Origin: Azolla caroliniana
Taxonomy: Eukaryota; Plantae; Polypodiophyta
Length of the DNA stretch: 64,000 bases
Direction of reading: 5' to 3'
Assembly: GCA_043228905.1 (NCBI GenBank)
Contig: JBHGNT010000003.1
Location: forward strand, 19,406,001-19,470,000
A program made the translations under genes and the position numbers. Each line of letters starts with the position of its first letter. The stretch's first letter is position 1. The notes below the pieces were generated by a model. That model saw only the letters and a program-made list of their open reading frames with translations, did no database searches and was not told the DNA's origin. Below, in pieces: positions 35,789-47,817 of the stretch.

Positions 35789-37762
35789 TGTTATGCAACA
35801 GAAGTGGGCTTTGTGTGTGTGTGAGTGAGTGTGTGTGCACATGATGCAAGAGAGAGAGAGAGAGAGAGAGAGCTCTAAACAAGAAACTGTATATTACATC
35901 CAACAACAACTAAGTTACAAAAGGTTGGTTTAAATACCAACTAGTCTAGGCAAATGCCCTTTCTACTAATTACAGAAATGTCCTAGTAAGTTGTCCACTG
36001 CCTAGTGTGAACACTATTCCTATGGGAAGTTGAGTTTGATTCTCAACATGCCCCTTCGAACACAACTTCCGGATGCCGAAAAGTTGTTTCGGTTCAATCT
36101 TTGAAAACTTTGATTTGGCTTAATCGACTTTCGGTTTCGGAAGGCTAGTTGACACGGCTTACGATTTCGATTGTTTGTTCTTACTTCGACTCCTTTGGTC
36201 GGTTTCGATCGACTGATTGGTTACTGTTCGGTGTTGGCTGCTACTGTACTCCCCCTCAAGCTCGGCAATGTAGAGATCGTGAGATGAAAGGTCCGATATG
36301 AATTGCCCGAGCTTGTCGACTCCTAAGGCCTTTTTAAAGATATCAGCAACCTAGAGGTTCGTACTGATATGTTGTAAATCAATATCACCACCTTGAACGC
36401 GTTCGCAAATAAAGTGATAGAGTACTTTGATGTGTTTAGTCTGCGCGTGGAATACCGGGTTTCGAGCGAGATAGATATTGCTCATGTTGTCGCAGTAGAG
36501 GCGAATTGGATCCGTGATGGGAACGCCTAGGTCCTTCAAGATGCGTTTGAGCCAAACAGCTTAGCACTCGATGACTGTTGTGCCCCTGTATTCGGCCTCT
36601 GTACTCGACAATGCGACTGTCAGTTTCTTCTTGCTACTCCGCTGCTGAGAGAGAAAACGAATATGGAGGTTGAACGTCTATCGGCCTTATAGCCTGCCCA
36701 GTCTGCATCGGTGTACCCTTCGAGTTGAATAAGTGTACTTGACTTATACATGATGCCATAATCCATCGTCGTACTGACATACCGAAGTATTCTTTTAGCG
36801 CAATCGTGATGATCATTTCATAAGTTTTGCATGAATTGGCTCAGTAGGCCGACCGAATAGCTGAGGTCAGGTTGTGTGATGGTTAGATAGATTAGGTTGC
36901 CGATAAGCTATTGATACTGAGTCGGCTCACACTCTGCTTTTCTTGAATCGACATCGATCTTGAGATTACAATCGAGAGGGGTGGACACAGGTTTGCACTT
37001 AGTCATTCTGAACTTGTAGAGTAAGTTGAGAATGTAGTGCCGTTGTGAGATCAATATCTCGACTGGTGTTCGAATTACTTCGATACCAAGGAAGTAATGG
37101 AGCTCGTGCATATCTTTCATTTCGAATCTGCGGGATAGGAGTGATTTTACCTTATTAATCTCGGTGAGATCTTTTCCTCCGATGACCAGATCATCCACGT
37201 ACAGGATGATGATGTCCAATCAGGTTGTTCGACTCGTTTCAGATGTACAGGGAGTTGTCCGATTTTGACATTCGAAAGTCAATTTGATGAAGATACTCAG
37301 TGATCTTCGAATGCCAAGCACGCGGTGCTTGCTTAAGGGTGTAGAGTGGCTTCTTTAGTCTACTAACAGCTTTCGGATGATTTTTCGATTCGAAATCGGG
37401 GGGTTGAATCATGAAGAACTCCTCTTCTAATTCGCCTTCGAGGAAGTCGTTCTTTACGTCCATCTGGTGGAGATGCCATCCTTTCGCCGCTTTGAGTGCA
37501 ATAACTGCCCCCACAGTTGTCATGTTTGCCACCGGGGCAAAGATCTCATAGGTGTAGAGTGGCTTCTTTAGTCTACAGACAGCTTTCGGATGATTTTTCG
37601 ATTCGAAATCGGGGGTTTGAATCATGAAGAACTCCTCTTCTAATTCGCCTTCGAGGAAGTCGTTCTTTACGTCCATCTGGTGGAGATGCCATCCTTTCGC
37701 CGCTTTGAGTGCAATAACTGCCCCCACAGTTGTCATGTTTGCCACCGGGGCAAAGATCTCAT
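35789..37762 (-). mobile_element. Copia 3' fragment (RT-RNase H, PPT, probable LTR 35789-36048) with a 213-bp in-frame tandem duplication
   Basis: LHQMDVKN occurs twice; ILYVDDL; YCDNMS...HAQTKHI; duplicated units 37338-37550 and 37551-37762. Confidence 0.85.
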
Positions 37763-38371
37763 CAGAGAACTAGGGATCTGGATGAAGGACTTCATCAGAG
37801 AACTAGGGATTTGGCAAGAGGAATTCCAGCTCTACCACGACAATCAAAGTGCCATACACCTCGCGAAGAACGCGGCCTACCATTTTTGGACTAAGCACAT
37901 CAAGAGGAGATATCATTGTCGCCAGGAAAAGGTAGAAGATAAAGAGTTTTTTCTGATGAAGATCCATATGGAGGAGAACGGGTCGGATATGTTGATCAAG
38001 GTGTTATTAGCCGACAAGCAGGATGTGTGCCGGAGATGGATCGGACTGATGAAGACCCCATACCGGAGTGAAGGGGGAGATTGTTAATATATCGGTCCAT
38101 CCAGATGGGGATTTGAGATATCAGTCCCTCCGGATGGGGATCAGGGAAGCTGGAGAAGAATGAATTGGATCGGAGCGTCTAGAAGGACATCCGGAAACCG
38201 AATCGGAAGGGGTCCGGCCGGATCCGGTATGAACCGTGAAGAGAGACAGATTTGTAAATATGTTTCTTATGGGCCGTTGAGGCCACATTTGTAAATAGCC
38301 CGCAACTTATATAAGTATAAATATAACTTAGGGAAAATAGGTTATATAGTTGTTGTCATTCTCGTTGTTGC

Positions 38372-38412
<41 letters not shown>

Positions 38413-38635
38413 CAGAACTAGTTTCTGTTGTAACCGCCGGTAGGCGAAGATATAGAACTCGAGGTCGTTGCCTCTGAGTCTCCTATTGTACCCTTCCTCT
38501 CTCATACTAATAGTTGGAGTCTGTGGGCTCCCGTGGCTTTTCCCGATTAAGGTTTTCCACGTTAACATTCCGTGTTATCTCATATTTTATGTGTAAGTGC
38601 ATTCTATCTATTGTATTATTGCCTACTTCTTCCAC
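37760..38635 (+). mobile_element. Copia (C1/C3-like) RNase H end, PPT and 3' LTR remnant (from 38082)
   Basis: DNQSAIHLAKNAAYH...ENGSDML; GAAGGGGGAGA then TGTTAAT. Confidence 0.8.
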
Positions 38636-38774
38636 CGAGTGATTGAGACTCAGTTGTGGCCGAGTACTATTCCGTTCATATACGACGAACCTATAGTTGC
38701 ACCAGACGCTGATACATGGCTACAAGCCATGCAATCTGAGATGAACTCAATTCGAAAGAATCAAACATGGGAGT

Positions 38775-39773
38775 TGTTACCCGTATAGGTGTACATGAGG
38801 GTTAAGGTGTAACGTTGTCGTGAAGAAAACCGGACCTATGAGGAATCAAGGAGTTAAAGGCGTGAACCCGCCCTTTCACGGGTGTGCGTGAATTGATACA
38901 TTGTATATAATTAGGAATAGGACGGATGATGTAAATATATAAGGTATGAGATACTTATTAATTAGGAAATCGAAGCGTATCTCTGTCCGAAGGGACAAAG
39001 AATAAAGTTGACGTGTTTTGATGTAACGGCCTCCTCGACGACCTATAAAAGGGAAGGGAGAAGAGGAAGAAGGGATCATGTTTTGGGGGGGGAAAGGACA
39101 AGGTGCTGTCGGACTGGGAACCAAGCTCTCTCTTCCTCCATCATCATTCTCTGCAGGGTTGCAACCGTTGTAACTATCTCTGTTATCGTAATAGAATCTC
39201 TTGTGTCTATGTTATCTCTGGTATCTGTGTTTCTGGGAGTCTTTTCTTTCATTTCTCTCGAGCGTGCTCCTTGATTGAGTCGGTATACGTGTTGGTGGTT
39301 CAATCAGCGGGCAAGTGTCGCCGGTTGCCGATAGGTCTAGCAGGCCTTGCACTGTCGCGCTTCTCACTTTCTCTTGTCTCTCTTGCTCCTCGGTTCAGGG
39401 CCCCTGTGGTCCCGCCTTATTTCACATGCGAAAGCGAAACAACGCGATAACGTGTATGGTGTGTAATGTGTAATGTGTAATATAAATGAGTGTGTGAGGA
39501 GTATGTGTATGAACACATGCACATTTGTGTGCATGTGTACAAAGGTGAGAAAGTGGGGACGTAATGTAACTCCCTACTTGTCTCATTCTTTATTGTAACG
39601 ATTACCTCTTGTACTATATAAACCCCACCCATGGGGCATAATGGAATATAGTATTTTCCCTCCAAATTGTGTGATTTCTTTGTTTGTATCTCTTGAATCT
39701 CTCTCTCCCTCACACGGAACCCCCTTGGGAGGGGGGTGGAACCATTCTAGGCTTCACCCTCCACCCAATAATA
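38775..39773 (+). repeat. solo LTR (same family as 3637-3973) containing a second solo LTR
   Basis: TGTTAC...ATAATA; flanks GGAGT / GGAGC. Confidence 0.8.
38816..39449 (+). repeat. solo LTR of the Trp family
   Basis: TGTCGTGAAGAAAACC...GTGGTCCCGCC...CGCGATA; TSD ACGT at 38812-38815 and 39450-39453. Confidence 0.88.
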
Positions 39774-40520
39774 GGAGCTAGTCGAACTACTAGCAGGGAG
39801 GAAGCCGCTACCTTGCAAATGGGTTTTCAGGTACAAATATGTATCCGATCCTGAGAAACCCAAATACAAAGCTCGACTTGTTGCAAAGGGATTCAAACAA
39901 CAACACGGTGTCGTGAAGAAAACCGTCCAAGGGTGGAATTGGGGCACCAAGGCGTGGGAACCGGCTCTTCACGCACGTGCGCGCCAAGTTGTACTTAGAG
40001 GCGAATTAGGTACCTAGGAGGATCGAAGTGGTTAGATACGGTAGGTAGGAATTTAATGCGGGACGGCTCCTTCTTGACGGGTAAAAAGGGGGGACCGATT
40101 CTGGAGGGATCTCTCCTTCCCTTTTTCGCCATAGCTTTTGGTGTGCAGGATTTTCGAGGAGGCTCGCGCTGTTGCGAGGAACGCCCGAGTGCTTCCGGCA
40201 GCACCTCCGTCCTGCTCCCTTTTGTGCGACGCAGCGAACAGGCATCGGCATCTGTTCGCCGGCCTGTTCGGTTGTAACCATCCTGTGCCCCATCGCGGGT
40301 TGTAGCTTCTTGATAAGATATATATATATATATTCATTTGTTTGCGTCTACCTGCGTCGGCGTCTATTCGCGTTCTCTGTGTTGAAGGGTCGTGTTCCTG
40401 TGTATTCCCGGTCCTGTGTAACCGGTCTTCTCTCTTTCTCCACCCTCGCTTGCTCTTCGGTTCAAGACCCCCGCGGTCCCGCCTCGTTTCTATACGCACT
40501 TGCGTAAAATCTCGACATCT

Positions 40521-40538
40521 TGGTGAACCCGACGTGAA
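40521..40538 (+). promoter_or_regulatory. primer binding site complementary to the tRNA-Trp 3' end
   Basis: TGGTGAACCCGACGTGAA is the complement of ...TTCACGTCGGGTTCACCA of plant tRNA-Trp (recalled). Confidence 0.85.
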
Positions 40539-40560
40539 AGAGGCGGCAGAAGAGCAGGAA

Positions 40561-42687
40561 ATGAGGGGATCGGATCTTGCAGAGGCCATGGCTTCGGCCG
40601 TTGACCGGTTAGTAAACGCACGCGAGGGCTCCGGCGCCCTCGACAGAGCCATCGAGGCGGTCGTCGGTACAATCGGCCGATTCAGCGGAAAGGATGCCAC
40701 GAAGTACTTGGCGTCCTACGGTGCAGAGATGCTGATGCGGGACATTCCGGAAGAAAGGCGTCATACCGGATTTCCCCGAGTGGCGATGCCGAGCATCCAT
40801 GCGGAGGTGCTCGAGGTGCGGGCGGAGAGCCGTACCTAGGGGCAGTTTGAAGGTCGGCTCCTAGAGAAATACGGGCTGGACGACGCGCTCCGGCTTTCGA
40901 AACGAAGCTTCATGGAATGGGTGGAGTCCCCCGGGAAGGGAAGAAACGCGTCGGCCCTCCTCCGGGATTTCGAGGAAAACTTCGCGCGCCTTTCGACGCT
41001 TGACCGAACGATCCTGGATACAAGCCGGGTCCTACTGTTCGTCAAGTCGGTGGACGAGCGGGATCGGGATCACGTTGGCGCCCTGCTGGAAACCGAAGAC
41101 GGGCTGACGACCGACTGGGCGGCGGTTAAGAGAGCCTGCGGCCGTTTCGACAAACGGCGAGAATGGGCGGATAACGGGGCAACCAGGTCGGGCTCGGTCC
41201 CAGCAAGGAAGCTTGAACCGGCGCAGCCGGTGCGAAAGGGAGAGACCCGGGAGTGGCTGGAAACCGGTTCAGCTTCGACCGGCGTGATCAGAGGCTCGAC
41301 CGGAGGAGCCGCGCTGGAGGAATTGACGAGGGCGATAAAGGACCTCCAAATTGCACAAGCCCGCAGGGAAGGCGGCGAGCCGGCTCGCGACCGACGGCCG
41401 GCAGCGGGAAACAGATGCATGTGGTGCGACGAGGTCGGCCACATTCGGAAGGACTGCGGCGATTTCGCAGAGGCGCTGGAGAACCGGGTGGTGTACCTGT
41501 GGGAAGGCGGGGTGCACGCCAGCGACACCAGAAGGGCCCTAAACCGAAACGACGGGCGAGGAGGGATGAAGAGACTGATGGAAGAGGCGGCGGCCCAACA
41601 TGCGGAAACTGTCCACTACTCGGCGTCGGCCGGCATTCGGGTCGGGGGCAGCGAGGCCCGAAAGGAAAGCAAAGCCGGATTTTGGTCGGCGATGCTGGAA
41701 GGCCTCGCCGGTACGCGGCTGAAAGGGGACGAAGCGGACCGCGCGGAGAAACGGGTCCGGGAGATAACCGGGTGGAGCGACCCGGTCGAGGAAAAGACGG
41801 GCTTCGTGGAAGCCGCCTGCCAGAACTACGAGGCTCTGGTAGAAGAAAAGCGGGTGGGGAAAACCGGAACGACAGGGCCCTCACAACGATACGAAACCCG
41901 GTTCGGGCAACGACGGAACGAGGCCGGCGGGTCCAGTGCGCAAGATAACCCCAGGAAGGGCGGATACCGACTGGGGACGGAAATAGAGAGGACCACGGAC
42001 CTGCGGAAGGTCCTAGAAGAACGGATCCTCGACAGCAAGGTGGAGCTGTCATTACGGGAAGTGCTAGGAATCGCCAGGAAGGAGTTCCACGACTCCATCG
42101 TGGACTTGGTGAAGCGGAAGAGGCTGTCAACGGAGGTAGAACCGGAAAGACCGGTAGAGGTGCGGACGACGCACCTAGACGACATGTCGCTGGAAGATGA
42201 GTGGGCGGAGAGCCACTATTCGAGGCCACACTGGGCCCGGGCGACCACGGAAACCCCGGTGAAGATCGGAGATGTCCAGGAACCGGTGGTAGCTTTGGTG
42301 GACCACGGTTCGGAGATCAACCTAATGTCCATGGACTTCTACAAGAAGGGCAAATGGCCGATCAACACCAAGCACGGGTGGAAGATACGGGCGGCGACGC
42401 GCGCCACCGAGGAACTGCACGGGGCCTGCCCGAACGTACGGGTCAAGATCGGCGACGTCGAGATTGACCAGCACTTCTTCGTACAGGAGACGTCCTCGCA
42501 TCCGGTAATATTGGGAGAGCCGTACATCACGGCGGCGCGAATGGAGACCAAGGTGCTGAATAACGGTTCGGCCTATGCAAGGGTCAAAAGCCAGGACGGG
42601 CGCCATTCGGTCCAGTTTCTGACGGTACGGCCGAACCACGAACGTAACCGCGACTCCCTCGGTTCCGAAAACCGAGAGGATTTTTAG
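40561..42687 (+). pseudogene. gag: Gag-protease ORF of T1 with one premature stop (40837-40839)
   Basis: CMWCDEVGHIRKDC knuckle; ALVDHGSEINLM and VILGEPY protease motifs. Confidence 0.9.
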
Positions 42688-45600
42688 AGAGGACTGCCAA
42701 GGCGTGGGGCCGCGACAGTCCGGATGCTTCGGGAAAACCCCACATCTGTACGATAAGACCGTGTACAATAGGTAGGAAATTTTGCTTCTCCGACAGCGGA
42801 GCATGTACGATAGTCGGCATCGCCGGCCGAGAGAAGACAAAGACGGAGGGGAGACTTTGAGCGTGCGGAGTTCTCGGCCCTGACGAGGAAATCAACGGAG
42901 CCGTGGAGGCGGTCTCCTTCGACGACACCTTGGGAATGCTGGGGAAGGTAGTCGAAGGAGACCTTAACGAAGACTGGACAATACCGGTATGTTCCGAAGA
43001 GATGTACGGAGCCATCGCGGACTTTGGTCGGGGGCTCGAGTCGGATCGGACGGCCCGAGTAAGCACCAAGTACAAGACTGTGGACCGGAAGGTAAGGCCA
43101 GTCGCGGCACCCTTACCGGAGGGCAGCGAGTCGCGAATCAAAGGGGTTGCATCGGACCCCAGCTTGCGAGATCCGGCCTGCATAGGACACACCTTCACCA
43201 ACGAGACGCTCTGGGAGCTCAAAATCGGTGGGGGCGGGTTCCTACTACCGGCGGAGGAAGACCGGTTTCGGAGAAAGCTCGGAAGGCACGGGAAAGCCTT
43301 CGCATTCTCACCGGAGGAAATCGGGTGCGTAGACCCGACGATCGTAGAGCCGATGGTGATATTCACAGTACCGCATGTACCGTGGAATCTCAAGCCAATT
43401 CCGGTTCCGAGAGCTCACATCCCGAAGTTGATGGAGCTGTTAAAGCAGAAAGTTGATATGGGCATTCTCGAGCCGTCGAGCGCCCCGTATTCAAACCGAT
43501 GGTTTACCGTACCAAAGAAAAACGGATCATTGCGCTTCATTCAAGACCTGCAACCGGTCAATAGGGTGACCATTCGGAACGCAGGGATCGGACCGACCAT
43601 AGACGAGTTCGCGGAGGCCTTCGCCGGAAGGTCGATTTACTCGGTCGGTGATCTATACTCAGGGTACGACCAGTTCCAGCTATCCGTGGAGAGCAGAGAC
43701 ATTACGACGATGCGAACTCCCCTCGGCCTAGTGCGGATGTGTACGCTGCCGCAAGGAGGGACCAACTCGGTGGCCCACATGGTGAATGCGATGAACAAGG
43801 TGTTGAGGGACTGCATCCCGGACATCACCATGCCGTTTCTGGACAACATCCCGATCAAGGGATGCCCGGTAGCAGAGAAGGACGAGACGATCGGGCCGGA
43901 CGGATGCCGGCGATTCGTGGCGACGCACATCGACGACTGCGAGAAGGTGCTGCAAAGGCTAGAGGATGCGAGGCTCACCTTCTCGGGGGAGAAATCAGCC
44001 TTCGGGCAGTCGGAAATCATGGTGGTCGGACACTTATGTGGGCCATATGGCCGGAAACCGTCTCCGGCAAAGGTAGAAGCCATCTCCGCGATGAAGCCCG
44101 ACTGCAGCTCGGTCACGGAAGTACGAAGATTCTTGGGAGCATGCGCGTTCTACCACATATGGATCCCGCATTATGCACACGTCGCGGAGCCGCTGTATGG
44201 GTTGCTGAAGAAAGGGCAAAGGTTCGAATGGCTTGACGAGCACACGGAGTCGGTCCGGAAGCTGAAGGAGGCTCTTTCGGCAGCACCGGCGCTCCGGAAG
44301 GCCGTCTACAAGAAGGGCACCCCAGTATACATAACGGTTGACACGAGTCCGACCGGAATCGGGTGGGTCGTCAACCAACAAGACGAGGACGGCAATCGGT
44401 TTCCGATCCGATTCGGCGCGAAAGTCCTCAGTGAGCGGCAGCGAGGATACGCCCAGGTTAAACGCGAACTCTGGGGTATCGTTTCAGCGGTAAAGGCCGA
44501 CAAAGACTATCTGATCGGAACAGAAGTGATTATCGAGACGGATTGCCTGCCAATTCTCGGCATGGTTTCCGGATGCGCGACGCCGGACCTGGCGATGCTT
44601 AGGTGGATAGCGTACATCAAGTCCCTGGACCCGGAAATACGACACATTTCCGGGAAAGACAACGCCATGGCCGACATGCTTTCGAGGGCGAGGTTCGATG
44701 ACGAGGGCGGCATGGTTTCGGAGGACGAAGAGGTCGGCGTGGACTTCTTCGAGGCAGCACACGTAACAACAGACGGGACGAGCACTCCGGCGCTTAACGA
44801 CTTCGACGCGAGCAAGTACGACGGGGAGTGGCTGCGGATCGGTGGGTTTTTGAGGACGATGACGCCGGATGCGTCATGGACGAGGGACGAGGCAAACCGG
44901 ATCCGGAAGAGAGCATACCGATTCTTTCTCCGGGACGGATACTTATGGAAGCACCCGAAGAAGAGGACAGGCGTCCCGCTCCGGGTGGTGGCAATGAAGG
45001 AAGAACAGGAGGAGCTGCTGGCGGCCTACCACAACAGCCCTTGGGCTGGACACCGTAGAACGTGGGCCACGTTCGAGAAACTAAAGGGGAAGTACTGGTG
45101 GCCGGGATTGTACCGGGACGTGCGTCGGTTCGTGGCGACCTGCGAAAACTGTCAGATGCACTCCGTAGTCCGACACCGGGACGAGCTTCACCCTACGTAC
45201 CCTCCGGCCATCCACTTCAAATGGATGGTAGATCTGGTGACGATGCCGATGGGGGTAGGACAGATGCGGTATCTGGTCCTAGCACGGGAGGATCTGACGA
45301 ACCAGGTGGAAGGCCGAGCCCTTCAGAACAAAACGACCGCGGCCGTATGTCGGTTCCTAATCGAAGACGTGATATGCCGGTACGGGTGCGTCGGGAAGAT
45401 CGTGGCTGACCGAGGGGAGTTGGACGCCGAAGAAGCCGCCGAGCTGTTCGACTGGCTGGGAGTCAAGCTCTCGCTCACCACTGCGTACAATCCGGAGGCG
45501 AATGGAAAGGTGGAGCGCGGACACGGGCCGATCGTCAAGGCGCTGGTTCGGGCATGCGGAGGCCAAGTCGGTAACTGGCCGCGGCTGCTACCTTATGCTT

Positions 45601-46149
45601 TGTGGGCAGACCGGACTACGCACAGTTCGGTAACCGGGTACATGCCGACGGAGCTCATGTTCGGCCAGAAGCCGATCATGCCGATGGAACGGACGATCTC
45701 CTCATGGGCAACGGTCGACTGGAGGGACGAGATGAGCCGGGAGGATACGGCAACTCGAGTGGAGACCGGAGGACGTGGAGCTGGCTGCGGAGAAACTCCG
45801 GGTGGCGAGGACAAAGAATAAAGCCAGGTTCGACCGAACGCACCGGCTCCGACCGAAGAAGATCGAGGAAGATGACTGGGTGGTCGTCTACGACAGCAGC
45901 CTCGACAACCAGCACCGGGCAACACGGAAGTTCGCGCGGAGATGGTTTGGGCCGTACGCGGTACGAAGCGCCAACGACAACGGGACGTATCACCTGGCGG
46001 AACTCGACGGCACGAGGATGGCGATACCCGTGGCTGGAAAGAGGATCAAAGCCTTCAAGAAGCGACACGACGACGAGCCAGACCCGGTTCTCCTAGACAG
46101 CAGCGACGACCGATCCGAGACCGAGGAAGGACCGATGGGCGAAGAGTGA
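42678..46149 (+). pseudogene. pol: RT-RNase H-integrase in the -1 frame
   Basis: LPQGGTNS, PFLDNI (catalytic D to N), TVDTS, ETDC, ADRGE, NGKVER, WFGPY; TGA at 42858; small deletion/frameshift near 45745. Confidence 0.92.
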
Positions 46150-47817
46150 AGGCGGGCCGGTTTTCTCCGTCCCAACTTAATTTGGCGCATGCCGGTGGAT
46201 GCGCGGTTAGGTGGGGGCGGATGTCGTGAAGAAAACCGTCCAAGGGTGGAATTGGGGCACCAAGGCGTGGGAACCGGCTCTTCACGCACGTGCGCGCCAA
46301 GTTGTACATAGAGGCGAATTAGGTACCTAGGAGGATCGAAGTGGTTAGATACGGTAGGTAGGAATTTAATGCGGGACGGCTCCTTCTTGACGGGTAAAAA
46401 GGGGGGACCGATTCTGGAGGGATCTCTCCTTCCCTTTTTCGCCATAGCTTTTGGTGTGCAGGATTTTCGAGGAGGCTCGCGCTGTTGCGAGGAACGCCCG
46501 AGTGCTTCCGGCAGCACCTCCGTCCTGCTCCCTTTTGTGCGACGCAGCGAACAGGCATCGGCATCTGTTCGCCGACCTGTTCGGTTGTAACCATCCTGTG
46601 CCCCATCGCGGGTTGTAGCTTCTTGATAAGATATATATATATATATTCATTTGTTTGCGTCTACCTGCGTCGGTGTCTATTCGCGTTCTCTGTGTTGAAG
46701 GGCCGTGTCCCTGTGTATTCCCGGTCCTGCGTAACCGGTCTTCTCTCTTTCTCCACCCTCGCTTGCTCTTCGGTTCAAGACCCCCGCGGTCCCGCCTCGT
46801 TTCTATACGCACTTGCGTAAAATCTCGACAACGGGATCGACTACGACGAGATATTCTCACAAGTAGTCAAGATGACCAGCCTTCAGCTGATCCTAGGGGT
46901 CGTGGCGATAGAAGACCTAGAGCTCGAGTAGATGGACATAAAGACGGTGTTCCTACACGGAGATCTGGAAGAGGACATCTACATGTCTCAACCGGCAGGC
47001 TTCACGATGGTAGGGGAGGAAGGTCACCTCGTATGTCGATTGAAGAAAAGCCTCTATGGCCTAAAACAAGCACCGAGAATTGGTACCAGAAGTTTGAATA
47101 CTACATCAGGCAGCTTGGATACTGCTAATCTGACTTTGACCCATGTCTATATGTTCGGCAATACGCCGACGAGTTCCGGATCTATCTGATCCTTTATCTC
47201 GACGACATGTTGATTGCAGGGAGACATCAAACTGAAAAAGGAAAGCTAAAGCGGAGCCTTCACGACAAGTTTGTGATGAAGGAGTTAGGACAAGCCTGAC
47301 ACATACTGGGCATGAGGATAGAGCAAAATCAAACGACAAAGACTCTCTAACTCTCCCAATCTTATTATATTTGAAAGGTGTTGAAGTGCTTCAACATGGA
47401 GAATGCGAAGACAGCACCAACACCACTTCCGACGCCTATTCGACTATCGGATAGAGACTCTCCTTCAACTGAGAAGGAGAATGAGCTCGGCCATAGGAAG
47501 TATCATGTACGCAATGGTGGCGACTCGACCCGACCTTGCCTATGTTGTAGTGGTCATCAGGTGGTACATGTCAAACCCAGGATGGAAGCATTGGGAGGCC
47601 GTCAAACACATCTTCAAGTACCTAAGAGGGACCGAAGATGCACAATTGACTTTTGGATTGGCAAATCTGATCGAAGTCGAAGGCTACACCGACTCCGACT
47701 ACGCCGGAAATTCAGACAAGTGGAAGTCCACATCAAGCTATGTTTTCACCTATGGTGGCGTCGCCATATCATGGAGATCGAAGCTGCAAGAGTGCACGGC
47801 CCTATCGACCACAAAGG

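Larger units (their letters stand above)
39909..46830 (+). mobile_element. full-length tRNA-Trp-primed Gypsy element T1
   Basis: 609-bp LTRs 39909-40517 and 46222-46830 (about 6 differences by eye); PBS 40521-40538; PPT TTAGGTGGGGGCGG; TSD ACGG. Confidence 0.96.
38640..47817 (+). pseudogene. fragmented Copia RT-RNase H acting as host for three nested insertions
   Basis: WLQAMQSEMNSIRKNQTWE | LVEL...CKWVF...YKARLVAKGFKQQHG | IDYDEIFSQVVKM...GYTDSDYAG; pieces at 38640-38774, 39774-39908 and 46831-47817 rejoin after TSD removal. Confidence 0.88.
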
